Source: Phoronis australis (Eukaryota; Animalia; Phoronida). From it: 64,000 bases of DNA. Below are positions 24,310 to 37,536 of this stretch, in pieces; position 1 is the first letter of the stretch; every line of letters begins with the position of its first letter. A model generated the notes under the pieces. The model had not been told where the DNA came from. It saw nothing but the letters and a program-made list of their open reading frames with translations, and made no database searches. Made by a program: the position numbers and the translations under genes. Location of the stretch: NCBI GenBank assembly GCA_002633005.1, contig NMRA01000129.1:310628-374627 (forward strand), read 5' to 3'.

Positions 24310-24454
24310 CTTGTATTAAGCCAAACACGTTAGTTTCTTCTTCATTTGTGGCAAGTTGTGTTGGCTGATGGCGACGAGCTGGTATGGCGCACGCCAGTTC
24401 GGCGAACACGCACAGCGCCACTAGAAGAGCGAACAAGAGGTCTCTGGACTCCAT
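24310..24454 (-). CDS. Secreted prepropeptide gene B, first coding exon (signal peptide MESRDLLFALLVALCVFAELACA plus acidic pro-region)
   Basis: Acceptor ttattgttccAG|AT-ATG (24457-24458), strong signal peptide with A-x-A cleavage, phase-1 donor AAG|GTTTGT at 24308-24309. Spliced product is 115 aa. Confidence 0.85.
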
Positions 24455-26819
24455 ATCTGGAACAATAAACGACTGTGTAACTTACAACTCGCTTTCGGTA
24501 TCATTTTTGCAAGTACGTATACATTTTCTGTTTGAACAAACGCAGTCTTTCGCTAATTAAACGCGTAGAAAATGAATATCAAGTGTATTTGTATTGCAAC
24601 CATTTACAATACATTGTGGAGCTGTAGTTGCTCAGGGCTGTGCGTGTTTACTCAAGGCAGAAGTTTTTTGTATTCTAGATGCTATAATAAGTAACCAGGA
24701 TTTCAACAGCGATTCTTTTACAACATTTGCTTAGTTCGTGCCAGGTATATCGTGGTAAAACTGGAGGGGGGGTACAATATTGCGTATTTATGCTAGGGAC
24801 TGAGGTCTTTTCACACCGAACTATATGTCACGTGACGTGACCAACGTAATGCGAGTAAGAAGGCTAATACCTATTAGATAAAATGTTGCAAATTGTTTTC
24901 AACTTACGATATGATATATTCTTATAACAAAGAATATTAATTTAAATGAGTCGCTTGATTGATGTTTGCTCGCTTTTATTACCAGGTTTCTTATTAGGAA
25001 CATTTGCAAACTTTCCTAAAAATTATTGAGAAAACGGTTTCATTAATGATGTGGGTTGTAATTCTCATGTGCTGGCATCAATAAATAAAACTGCGCATTT
25101 ATATGACACCCATGCACTCACCGATGTTACGTTGAACATGCATGCGCGTTACATGAGCTCTTCCGCTGTTTAGCTGACTAAAAATGAAATGCTGATTTTT
25201 TAATCGAAGCGCTTTGCGTATTAAAAACGTGGCCACTCTCATCCGATCTTGAAGTGTTTCCGAAGTAAGATGACAAGGTTATAAGCAATGCGTGCACGCG
25301 CTATTTTCGAATCTGCAATTTTAGGACTGGCCAACACTAATATACTCTGAAGAGATTTCTTGAGTGGCTTGTGGTTTCGATGTTCTTGTTGTTAAAGGAA
25401 ATGTAATCCCATCAATGTTAAGAGACCGAATTTATGACAGCAAACGGACAAATTCGATTTCAGCTTTTAGCTGAGCTAAATAGGGCGAAATGCAACTCTA
25501 TATTGTAGAATAGATAATTTTCCGTGTACATCGTCATTTTTGTTCCACAAAATACTGCTGAAATGACAAGATGTGTTCAAAGTGGAATGTGTTACAGATA
25601 GAAAACCAACTACAAAAAGTAAAAGCATTTGATGAAGATAGAAATGTACAAGTAGCGACACACGTCTGGCATTTGGATGTAGCATAAAGGACTGACAACC
25701 GTCTTCTTGCTGCGTATAGCCCCTTGTTGGCCCAGACGGGTTGATTGACAAAAATGTGAAATTGAATACATGCCTATTTGCTCAGTCCAACATTCTGGAC
25801 CAAGAAACTATTTTACTGAAGTAACGTTTGATGATTGCAACATTGACTTGCCTGTAGGCGAGGAGGGGATGGTTGCCGAAGGGCAAGGTGTCCTGTTCGC
25901 GAGAAAATGGTGTAACCCACTCCGCCAAATTCGGAAAGATTTTTATGTAACTTACGTACATGTATTTCGGTATTAGCGAGAGTCAAAAGTACACAGCGAT
26001 TAGAGAATACATTGCAGAGTTGTTCTTAGAAGTTGACCATCAACTAACGACGATTTTACGATCTTAATACCTGTTTCATGAGGCAAGTTGTTTTGGCGGC
26101 AAATTTCATTGATGAAGTGATTCATAGTGTGGAAAAGCAGCGATTGAATAGCAATTGAAATAACTATTAAAACCTCCCTGTAAACACTCAGGAATAGCAA
26201 AAATAATTGCCCTATTCGAGCATTGAAACAGCCCGAGCATAAAACGGAACTTAATAAATTTTAACCCCCCCCTATTTAGAAAAGTGGTAAACAACATTGA
26301 AAACAAGTTCAGACGTAAACAGTCTTGAAACTGCTAGTATGAAAAATTATGGACACTCCATATTAGATAAATAACTTTAGTGATCTCGTTATCGTTTTAT
26401 GTAATTTTTTCAATTCGCTCTATGTTGTAATCGAACTTCGGGTAGACGAACTCGCAGAAGTTGATTTACTCATTCGCGCGACCGACGAAGTAGTTTAAAA
26501 AACGGGGACCAATATCCATTATGCTTTTCTGACTTAAAAAGGCATTCCAAAAGTGATTGAAATCACTGGTTCCATTATATTAAATTTATCAGTAACAACC
26601 CCAAGGGTACAACAGGAGTTGTGAATGGATTTAGAAAAAATAACTTGCTATCACGCTTATGGCAAGGAGTTCAATCACTGAAATTAGATTAGAAAATATC
26701 TGATAAATAACTTTGATTAACTATTAAAATAGTTAACATTCTTAATTTGTATTGTGAAAGATTTTTTTTTAAATTTACATCTCGTCAAAGTTGCCTAACT
26801 TGCTCAAACTTTAACTTAC

Positions 26820-26922
26820 CTTTAGTTGTCACGGTCTTTTCTCTTGACAGTTGTTAACTCGACTTCTTCACACGTGGGAGCCGGCTCAGCTGATCGCTAA
26901 CCACAGTCAGCTGGTTTTTATA
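26820..26922 (-). promoter_or_regulatory. TATA promoter and non-coding first exon of peptide gene B
   Basis: TATAAAAA at 26915-26922 (-), TCAGCTGA Inr region at about 26891, donor AAAG|GTAAGT at 26818-26819. Homologous to 8402-8514. Confidence 0.7.
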
Positions 26923-28493
26923 TGACCCTGAACTGCGCACATTTCTTTAATATGCTAATTTGTTTTACCGCAAAACCACGTGTTTTCTGTGACGAGTATA
27001 GCGAACTTTGTGGAAAACATGTGTCACGCCACATCTGGGGCATCAAAAATTTGTGTCGGAGGTCATTTGAGAACACCCTGCAGTTTGATTGGTTCTAAAA
27101 TTAGGGAGTTGCAGGGGGTGTGTAACCGACATCTCCTTTTTTGGAAGTTGTTTATAATATAGTTCAGAACTTTTCACAACGGACTTCACACATTCAAATA
27201 TATCACAAATTACTTTACATTCCTTCTAGCTCAGCTCGCTCAAGTGCGTAGAAGAGTGTTTAGGAACGGTGCTCGAAAGACAAATGGTTTTGTTCATTTA
27301 ATACCTGTCACCGTTCAGTTGCGTGCACCACTAAACAATTAAACGTCTAAACACCTGGGTATTTATTTGACATTTCAGCTCATGCGGCATTCATGGAAGA
27401 ACAAATAATTACTGCAGCAAGCAACAAGGTTTTACGTGCAAGCTCGTAAGAGGAATCAAGGCCCAGGGATTCGAGGATGATTAGATAATTATCAGTACAG
27501 AGCACGAAGAACGTGTTCCATGGCTGCGTAGTTTCTTGTGTCGACGCGATCACTAATCGCTTGTAAACATGTTTTCAAGACCAGTGGCGACCTTAACTAA
27601 GTATTTAGTTGACGTTGATACTTGATACGACCGCAAGAATTCAGTAGCGCCAATTGCATGGTCACTGAACAAGAACTTTAGCAAGAAACCATTCATAAAT
27701 CAGAATAACACACCCGCTGTATGGACCGCTGTACAAACAACGATTACTTTTGTGCACAATGCGGTTTGTTAGGTTGAAGTCTTTTAAAATGGCGTTCCTT
27801 CTCGCACGCTTTGGTAAAAATCTTCCACGAGTGCGTTTGCAGGGCTGTCGTCGACTGTTATTCAAGAGCGCTAGCTGTTCTTTAAAAAATCATTCCCACA
27901 TGGCTATGGCTATGTAGGACCTTATCGACAAGTATATATTTAACCAAATGTTCACAAAACTGTGCATTTCAACTCGGTAAAGGAATGTTTTTTTCTGAAA
28001 GTTGAAAGGCTGCAGAATTTCATTTTTGGCTCAACATCATTAATAGGGTCAAGTGACCATAACTTTTTATAAAATTTGGCAAAAATGGTACGTTCATAGC
28101 AAAATCCTGGTTTCAATAAAATTACCAAATGATATAAATTTTCAAGATTAAATCTCATAAAACCCTACTGCAGTTTTCTTAACTATCATTTCGTTTTCGT
28201 TTTATGTGACTTTTGATCTTCTTCGTAAAAATCCTAAAATATCTATCTTTGATAGCAGCTCATGTAAAAAGGGATGAGTTTTTAAGGCAGAGTTTTGGAG
28301 AACTTGCATAAACTATAGCTTCTGAAAGTTTCAAATGAATCGATTCTGTTGCTGAGTTACGATGTTTCGAACTTAGCCAAATTTGGACGTCAACTGAAGT
28401 TTATAGGTTCCTAGCCAGTAATATATTATGGGCCTATACACAACTGAATCCTGAAAATACGACTTGAACGAAAGTGAAATGCCGCACATCAGA

Positions 28494-28531
<38 letters not shown>

Positions 28532-28760
28532 GTTTGTATCGTAAAAAACAGAATTGTGACCACAGAGATAACTTGACTCATCTCAGCACCCAGTGTTGCT
28601 GCGTCCATGACAACTGATTAATTTATTTCACTTTTGTAAGAAAAGAAAATGGCAAGTCCATTTAAATGGTTAGCCGGACGCAACTATCATTCTTTTGTTA
28701 CCACAGTTTAGAACACAGATGGAGTTCCATCAATAGGAAGGCGTCGCAACTACATTTCGT
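28494..28760 (-). mobile_element. Probable LINE 3' end with (TTA)n tail
   Basis: (AAT)n at 28494-28528 abuts sequence reading ...WNSI... on the minus strand. Confidence 0.35.
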
Positions 28761-31700
28761 AAGAATTACAATCTTGCTAAACGGCAGTTTCATCGCTTTT
28801 CACTCTGGCTGATAATGTGATGGTCAGTGTCATTAAACTGTGGCGGCCATTTTGTTGGAACAACACCACAAATCAGTAACAAATCTATTTTGAAAATACC
28901 GTATTTAGCCATCCGGTTATTTCGAAAACTGTTGATTACGTGTTGAAAGAGCGTCATTTGAGAATAAGTTTAAAATAGATTTGTGTGCGGTCAAATATCT
29001 TTAATGAAGTTTTCAGCAAAGAGGACGAAACAATGAGCATGATATTTGCAACACATAACTCACAGCTACTGCTCATATTAACTTCCTAAGAGGATTCTGG
29101 AAAGGGGGGGGGGGAAGGGTCAAGAACACGGGCGCCCCGCCATAGGCTAGTGGGTCCCGGAGGTTAATGCAACTACTTGGAGTAAGGATTACAGCGGTCA
29201 ATACTTCCCAAGGAAGTTTTCATTCTGAATAAATTATATCCTGGTACAACGTAGTTTCTTAAATTTCATGGAAATGGTAACGTGATGACAGTATCAAGAA
29301 AATGGGGCGATTTTGAAAATTCCTGGAAGGTTTATGATACGACCGATTGCAAAACATTGTTGATGACGACTGCCTTCGTAAAAAAAAACAACACTCTGTA
29401 CCAATCTATCCCTCTTACAATTTTCTTTGCCCTCAGCATGATTCGAATGACACGAGTTTGATTTACATTGGTACCATGATCAAATCACTGTCAATGAAAA
29501 TAGATACATGTACACCCGGCATGTTTTCAAAGTTTGAACACTTTGTTATAACATTCCCTTGCCGTTTATAAATTCCTGCACGAGAGCGGCTCTCATATAG
29601 GATTGACTGGTCCTTTCAGATATAGACTCGTCGTCTCGGATGCATATTACTAGAAAAGGCAACGGAGAGGGGGGAGGGACAGTCGGTGCAACTAATATTA
29701 ACTCGGCAGAGTTTGATGTCATTTGGTATTGTTCGTTAAGTTTCGGTTGTTTTACTGGTTGCACAGATGCATGTCGCGTGGGTCCGGATTTTGAATGCAT
29801 TATGTAGTGCACTCAATCATAGTGTTTACTAATAGGTGTGCGTGTCTCACGTCTACCCTCTGTTAGTCAAATTGTCTCTTATTTATTTCGATTTTTTGAA
29901 TTTTTCTTACCAATATTTAATCAATGTTACCCACTCGTTTCATTTGCTGGCTATTTCTTTTTGGGTAATCGTTACCAAATGTTTAAATATGAGTACAAAT
30001 AAGAGCTCAGCTTGGTCAAAATCTAGCCAGTTGTTTCAGAGGGTGAATGCTACCGAGACATATTATGTGGAAGTAAAAGCCCCCGTGTCCCTTACTGCAT
30101 AGCTGTCCATTACGTCACTGACACTGTAAACGTGGCTACTGGTGAACCCGTGATGCATTCAACAAGGTCGGAGCAAACTTTCGATTTGGACCACTTAGCC
30201 ATAAGCCTGGTCTTAAGCAGTATAAAACTTTTAGTTCTTCCAAAGCTGCCATATCAGTTCCAATGTGACAAAGGAACAATTTCGGCCCAATTTCAACGGT
30301 GGTTCCAAATCAAACGTTGTTTTTTGCCCAATCTAAATCATCAATACGCAACGCATCATTCAGATGGTGTCATCGCCTACGACATTCATGTTCGTAGCGA
30401 TGGTTTCCACAAAGGAGATTTGAATCACTTTTGATACGTTGTTGATAATATTGCCTATTTTGACTTACGCAATTGATGTTTTACATTTCATCATGACCTC
30501 GGCGTTCACGGTACTACCGTGAGGTCAAACCGCAAGTTAAACTGCGGAAATCGAGGTAGCCATCGACGTAAGACATCGGTCCTCAGGCCTTTCGTGCGAG
30601 TCAAAGTGCGTGAACATTGATTGAACCGTGACTCACGGGATCGCGTCAGAATGTTGGGTTCCTCACTCAGATTTGCCCTACCCCAATCAGTGGCAAAGGA
30701 TGTGTCACATGTTTGTCAAAAAATACTTCCGCGAGAGTTACTCTGTAGGCCTACTAAACTTGTTTACAAGTTTTGTGAAGAAGTGAATGGCATATCACGT
30801 ACATGCAATTGCTGGGTAGCTGTTTGTTGGCTGATATGATCACAGAGCTCCGAGTCGTCAGGACTGATGAATATTCGCTTACGTTCAAGGCGCATTCTTG
30901 CTTAGATCCGGTCACATTACGTCCACGAACGGGCAGATGCGATATTTTCAAATGAAAAATGCATGTGTGACTTTATTTTGTAATTTTGGGTAAGCAATAC
31001 CGAGCGACATGTCTGTTTTCGCTTCCTAGTACTAACACTCTGTACCCGCCTAGCTAACCGCGCGTGACTCTTGGGGCCTGCCGGCGCATAAAATTCTTCT
31101 CACGCGCACGCTACTCCCTTCAATGGACACATATATTCCTCCTCGGACCACTTTTATCCGTTGTCTCGCGGACATAATCCTTTGCTCGCTTCCGCAGCGG
31201 GACATATTTACCTGCCCACTCACGAGCAAATTTGTCGATCGATCTACTGGATTGATTTCATTGATATTAAATCTTTTTAATAAATTATTTGAATTTCGTA
31301 AAATCAAATTTTCATTGCGAGGATTATCGATAGTTTATGGGCAATGGTTGTGTTCACGGGATTCACGGCACTGCGAACAGCCAATGGGTGAATGACAATT
31401 TGAGTTTTTTCATTGTTATAGCTAATATAGTAGTTGCGAACATTGTTTACAAGTCAGTCTTTTCACAGTTGATTATTGCGCAGATATGATACGGCTCATG
31501 CCCGAGAGAATGGAACGGCACGCTAGTAAGGGCATAGAATATAGCCAAGGGAATTATGGGTAGGGACAGGGTTCGACCGTCTGCGTGTAAAAAAGATATA
31601 TCCACAAGACGCGAAAAGTGGTCTGCGGTGCATCTAGGTCGTAAGTCAATACTAGGTTGCATTGTCTTACTGGTATTTAGTCAGATTTTGGGCTCCACAC

Positions 31701-33500
31701 GCTGGTCGGACGAAAGAAGTGTGAAATCATCTTGTAAAAAGCAATACCAAGTGACCAGTTATGATTATAATGACTGGATTTCATTTATTTCATTTCCTTA
31801 CCCATATATTGGACGGATTATTAACTCTTCGAGGTGTTTTCTTGAGCCAAGTTTCGAGGCAACTGTCGCGACGATTCGGCAGTGCCACTCGTCTGCAACG
31901 CCCAACCTCAGTCAGGGAGAGCACATACAATACGAAATTCAATGTAGAAAGATTCTGTACCCTTGAAAGGTTTGCAACTTTCAATTTGGATTTAAACCGT
32001 TATTCCCTGAAACATTTTTGCAGGCTCACGAAATGTGGGGGTAGAAACGAGTTTACGAGAAGGGCCTGAATAGCGTTGGACCCGCCCGGCTCCTTCGTGT
32101 GACAGTTGTGACAAGCAAAACGTCTGCGTTTTATTGGACTTCTTGCGACCACGTGCCACTGATCACGTGGTCAGAACCACACGAGCGTGTAGCCTCCGGT
32201 TCCAGACTCCAGCATGCAGTCGCCTTCGTGCAAGCCGGAATTCTACAGCACTATCCGAGAGGGTTCTTGACTTCCTTCTTATCTGGAAAGTTCCTGAGTT
32301 GACTAGACTGATAGGTGTCGCTTTGAACAGTACTGCACATTTCCTAGGAATTGACCAGCGAGTATATGCGGACAGTAGCAACAAAAATGTGTTGTCGTAA
32401 TACCCTGCTCATATTAAAGTATTAGGGGCCAGCCTACATGAACAATCACGAGTTATATTAATTTGGACTCATTTAGTCTTTGCTATGTTACTGCATGGTC
32501 CATGAAGCCGATGCATTCGTTGGCCCTTTTTAATTTTGGACCACTAGGCTATCACTGAGGATAACAAACACCTCGTCAACAAATCACTTGTATAAAATTA
32601 CAAAAAAGTTATGGTTAACAATTAAAACTTTTAAAATAACCATTTAAGAGGCATGCCAAGTACATCTGTGTAATCAGGTAACGTCGATCGGCGGCAGCGC
32701 CTGGATTTGCAGTACGTCAAAACTGAATTCCCCGCCGCATTTGCTGTTGAGCGCAAGCAAACCGTACCGGAGCTGGATGTATAGTTTGTAACAAACACTT
32801 GTATAAAGTGTCTTCAATGACCAGGGCTCTCAATATTTCCCCGTAATTCCAAATGATCGAATTGTCGGGAGTTTACGTAACATAGCGTTCTAAATTTGTC
32901 CCCCATCTTTATAACGGAGTAACACTTACAAACACTTCATGCGTAATAAGAGAAATTAAATTTGAACTGGAGGACAAGCCCCTACCTATATTCGAGACAG
33001 ACATGTCTGTCAAATGACGTCATAGACCAGGGGTGCAAGGATTACTTTCACACACACATCACCTGTGACAAAATGCAACATAATTTAAATAAATTGTGAC
33101 TGAAGCAGTTAACTCACGTCAGCCTGGAAGACGAAAAGCAATAGAGACAATTTTTTGCACACAAAAAAATTGCAAACGAAATATCGATGTCAGTACAAAG
33201 TTACTGGGGATAGCGGTGGTAGCAAATTGTCACTGAGAATATACCCGGCCAGCTTCAGCCACTTGACAATACTGTTGTGGTCTTTTACATTTTTAAAAAT
33301 ACTTTTCAGCCTAGAGCAAGGTTTGCTAAAGCGACGACCCAGAAGAACAGACAAAACGAAAACGACAGCCTGTGTATGGCCACTGAGTTGCCTGTCGGCA
33401 TGTCCACGTGTGACAACTGATCTAGTCTAACGATACCGCGTACTTTTGGCCCAAGAGTGTTCTCTTGAAATTATTATAGAAACACAAAAATATCCAAATG

Positions 33501-33660
33501 CAGAGGCGGATCCAGTACTTTTTAAAAGAGGAGGGTGGTCAGATCAAGGATTTTTTAAAAAGGGGGACAAGTCAATGATTTGAAAATTCTAGATCTGAAA
33601 TGACTACAATTAAAGGAAAAAGGGGATTCCGGACCCCTTGACCCCCTGGATCCGCCTATG
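33501..33660. mobile_element. GGCGGATCCAG-type MITE
   Basis: TIRs CAGAGGCGGATCCAG / CTGGATCCGCCTATG, flanks AAATG/CAATG. Relatives at about 23833-24054 and 38145-38250. Confidence 0.7.
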
Positions 33661-34626
33661 CAATGTCACATGTCCGACAGTCAGTGTGGTAAGTTCACTG
33701 GGACCAGTCTAGTGGTCAGAGTTAGAACCACAAGTGGTCCGATTTACGACTTTTTACTGCCGAACCAATGAATGAGATCCCTGTCCTCGTATTTGCGTTC
33801 GTTAATTCCGGGGGTACTCACATAGAAGAGGTGTACGGGACATGCCGCTAAAATTGGTGACTTGTTCCATGCGAAAGGGTGCATTTTCCCACCAAATTCT
33901 TGTGAAAGGGTGCTTCACTTTGACGGTTCAGCCTACAGGAAGTTTCCTAGTTCCAGGTACAAAGTTCAGCTTGATCACGCGATTGTTTTTGGCTTAATAA
34001 GTTAAAAAACAGATGCTGGATTAAGGGGGCCATGCCTATAAAGAGTTCGCTATGTGAATGGATTTCTAAAATATCATAGAAGTCCATATGGTGGTGTTTC
34101 AGTAATACCTGGCTTTCCTTCAGGACTAAACCCGTCATAGGACCTTTACGCGTATCTATATAGGCCTGGCAAGCTAGCTGCTGGGGCGCATCAAGTGGAC
34201 AGGGATTTCGTTCTCCCCGGTCGCGGTCGCCATCAATTCAACTTGCTTCTCGGCCCTCAAAAGCAGTCTCCTTTCTTCGATTATGATTGCAGCGTTCACG
34301 TGATACTGTCCGAAGACAGATCCGACGTCTGAAATTTCACGCGTGAACGCTCGTTTGACGTCTCAGTGATCTCCCTTTTTCGTTGGCCAGTGGCCACAAA
34401 TACACCTGCCTTTTTACCGTGAGAAGGCTGCATGGCCAATAACGTTGAACAGTACGACCAGTTACACGTTTTGCCCATTCTCTCGATTAAGACGTGCGCT
34501 TAAATTCACCTCTCTGACATTTTAGTAAACTGAAGAAACTCCTCTTTGACGGATTTTGATCATTTACCGCCAATAAGATAAGATTGCTTCGCTATTAAGA
34601 TGAGCTAGAGTGCACTTATAAAGAAC

Positions 34627-34793
34627 CAGCCGGCGGTTTTAGGGAAGCCGGGGAGTGCAAAAGGGCCATGCCCCCCTAACATTCTTCCAGATTCCATTTG
34701 GCAGTTTGGGGGTGCGAATGTCTAACGGGCAAAATCCTGGCTAATACACTGCCGTGCGTCCCCCCCTTACTCAAAATCCTGCATCCGCCCCTG
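34627..34793 (-). mobile_element. MITE with 5-bp TSD (AGAAC)
   Basis: CAG...GCATCCGCCCCTG ends. AGAAC at 34622-34626 and 34794-34798. Inverted relative of 37136-37319. Confidence 0.75.
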
Positions 34794-35774
34794 AGAACTG
34801 GACAGTTCGTTAGCAGTCGAGGACCATGCTCGGCGAATAAAATAACACGGCGTGACAACTAGTCAACGAGTAGAGCCTTGTATAAAGCCAATGCGAACGT
34901 ATTAAAACTTAATTTTTTTCAACTAAAGTTTTGTTGGCCTCACTCCTATAACAAAGACCTAGACTCCACGAGGCATGATGTTATCTGGTCGTAATCATCA
35001 GTGAACAATTATGTCTAAATTACTGCTGGTAGATCTACACAGCCCTAGAAATTTCCAGCTCAATAGTTAACAGCTACTGTACAGGAGCACAGACGGCTTC
35101 AGAGGGCAAAGTAAATATGGCGGTTTTTTAGTGCCTGAGGAAAATGTCATATTAGTCGATTGTGCCCTTTACTGTAGCTCAGCCATTGCACATGCTTAGC
35201 CAGAACATTAGCTCTCTGCACGTGAATTATGTTGTGATAATTTATTTACTAATAAGCCGGCAGATGGCATACCTTTTGTGAACACTGGTTTTGGTTTTAG
35301 CATCCGATCTGCCTCCACCTACTATGCTTCGACAGTAGAGCAATATGATCGTTAATAAACGTCACAGAAGAACTAAACGAATATAACATGTAGAGGTACT
35401 TTTTTAATAACGTGGATGAATTGAAAACTGAGTAACCCAAGGATTTTTATATTTTTATGTAATCTTGGTGCAAAAATTCAAAGAAATCAATCCCAATAGC
35501 TCAGAAGATTGTAACAAACATGACAAAACTATTTCGGAAATGAATTTTGCGCTTTTCAAATGAAGAGATGATTTTAAAAGTTTACTGAGATAGTCATAAT
35601 TCATTATTATTTTTGATGAGGAACTTTAGCACCAATTTTTGGATTAACGAAACATTTCTTGAAAAGTCAACTTCATCCAATACATTGATCATATCTTAAA
35701 CAGTGCCATAACAATCTGAAGAAGTAGACCATGTTGTTAACAAATCAAAGAAGGCAAGGCGGTTGGATATGATG

Positions 35775-36270
35775 ATAATAACAACAACAACAACAACAAG
35801 ATCAAGAACAACAACAACAACAATAACAATAAACTTTATTTATAGAGGATAAAATATAATAGATTTTAAAAACATGATGTAGCCAAAGGCTAATATACAG
35901 CCTGATCCTCTCCCAGCAATAAATGAAATTAAATAAATCAAAATTAAATAAATCAAGATAGATTAAATTAAGTTACGTTAAATTAAATGAATATTTTACA
36001 ATTTTAATTTACAAATCGAATTAAAAATAAATTATAACTTTTAGATAACTGATGAGATGAGTTTGTGTCGGAAGTCACCATAACCGTCAGCCTCCTTTAA
36101 GGTATTTGGAAAGTCGTTCTGTCGAATGATAATAATTTTCATTACGAAGCCTTAAAAATATTTAAATTCAGTCAAGTTTTACTAACTTTTTTTTTCAAAT
36201 GAATTTTGACTATGGGATAATACGTAACATTTGGAGAAAAATCTCTGACAGGTATGGCCGTATGCCACCC
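35775..36270 (-). mobile_element. L2/CR1-type LINE 3' end with (TTG)n tail
   Basis: Minus strand reads IIRQNDFPNTLKEADGYGDFRHKL (degenerate WNxLP...FKxKL), followed by AATAAA and (TTG)n at 35775-35830. Confidence 0.5.
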
Positions 36271-37135
36271 AATTACCTACATGGAGATAGCTTAATGATA
36301 CCTGTAACCGATGGAAAACTCATTTACGCACAGACGATCAAGACAAAGAGTAAAGGTGGACCACATAGTTTGGCTTGCTACACGAAATGAGTTGAATGAA
36401 GAAACTTAGTAAATTAAGATAGGTTTCTCTGCATTTACGAAAAGTATTTAACTGAACAGAACGAAACTGCACTAGATTCAAGTATTTCGGAATTTTTAAT
36501 ATTATCATTAAAGAAATTTTACTGGCAGAATCCTAGTCTTGTGTTAAAATGAACAATTGTCTCACCGACTCTGATGTCATTTATGGTGGCGTTGAACACG
36601 GCAATATCCTGGGCTCCACAGCTTGTATATTGTTCACTGATAAATATACATTCACGAAATCGTAGCTAAATTCCAAGATTTCGTAATAACGTCGAAAGTA
36701 TAAGTAAATTCTGCTGGTCGTGCTTTGGAATCACGCATAAAAATTTAAAGTGAAAAATGATATACTGTACTTATTGATATTATTCTGTGCAAGTGTGTGG
36801 GTCGAAAGTTTTTAAAGACAGTGGTATGATGCTAAACAGAGCATTCAGATTTTCGGCATGTTATAAACGAAGGTTTGGGAATTTAATGCAGTTATGAAGA
36901 AGATAGTAATTTTGAGGCTCTGGAATAGATTGATAACTTTTGACAAACTCAAGTTGTGTTTGCATGGGACCGGAGAGTTGGTTTTCAAACTAGCCTTTCA
37001 GATGAGCTTAGAAGCTTGTAATTGAACCAGTACATCTTTGAATTTTCATTTGACCTCAATATTTTGTAGAGGGTTCATAAGATTATCACTAACACGATAT
37101 ATTTGTTTTGATACTATTTGTTTTGTATAGGATAC

Positions 37136-37319
37136 CAGGGGCGGATCCAAGATTTTGACTGGAGTTAGGAGGAGCCAGGGCAGAGTACTATTAGCCAGGA
37201 TTTTGCTTGTCAGACATTGGCACTCCCGAACTGCCCAATGGAACCTGGGAAAGTTTTANNNNNNNNNNNNNNNNNNNNNNNNNNCACGGCCCTCTTGGCT
37301 CCCTGTAAATGCGCCACTG
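37136..37319 (+). mobile_element. MITE with 5-bp TSD (GATAC), spans an N gap
   Basis: CAGGGGCGGATCC...GCGCCACTG. GATAC at 37131-37135 and 37320-37324. Confidence 0.75.
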
Positions 37320-37349
37320 GATACCACTAAAAAATTACCTCATTCTTCA

Positions 37350-37536
37350 AGTTATCCACAGGGTCTCCGTGACTGCAGAGCCTTGCTCTTGGTTAGTATG
37401 AAATGGTGCCAAAAGAGGGCGCAACGCAATGTGGGATGTTGGCAAGGAAAAGTATCATGGCGGATAAAATCACAGACTGTCTCTCCTCGGGAGCATCTCG
37501 ATTGTTGATAAAGAGTGACAAAGATGGAATTTAAAG
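37350..37536 (+). promoter_or_regulatory. Candidate promoter / non-coding first exon of CDKL5
   Basis: CpG-containing segment with ATGGCGG (YY1-like) and donor AAAG|GTAATT at 37537. CpG-poor sequence follows further downstream. No direct link to the 43678 acceptor can be shown. Confidence 0.3.

Noticed and set aside
31556-32069. Overlapping 136-aa and 102-aa ORFs, and a death-domain-like SCLETWLKK string on the minus strand
   Set aside because: No domain-length similarity and no consistent multi-exon model could be built.
34174-34478. Minus-strand protein-like frames (MGKTCNWSYC..., ...AAIIIEERRLLLRAEKQ...) as a third peptide paralog
   Set aside because: Lacks the signal peptide, RDVQMA and RxxR features, and the frames are broken by stops.
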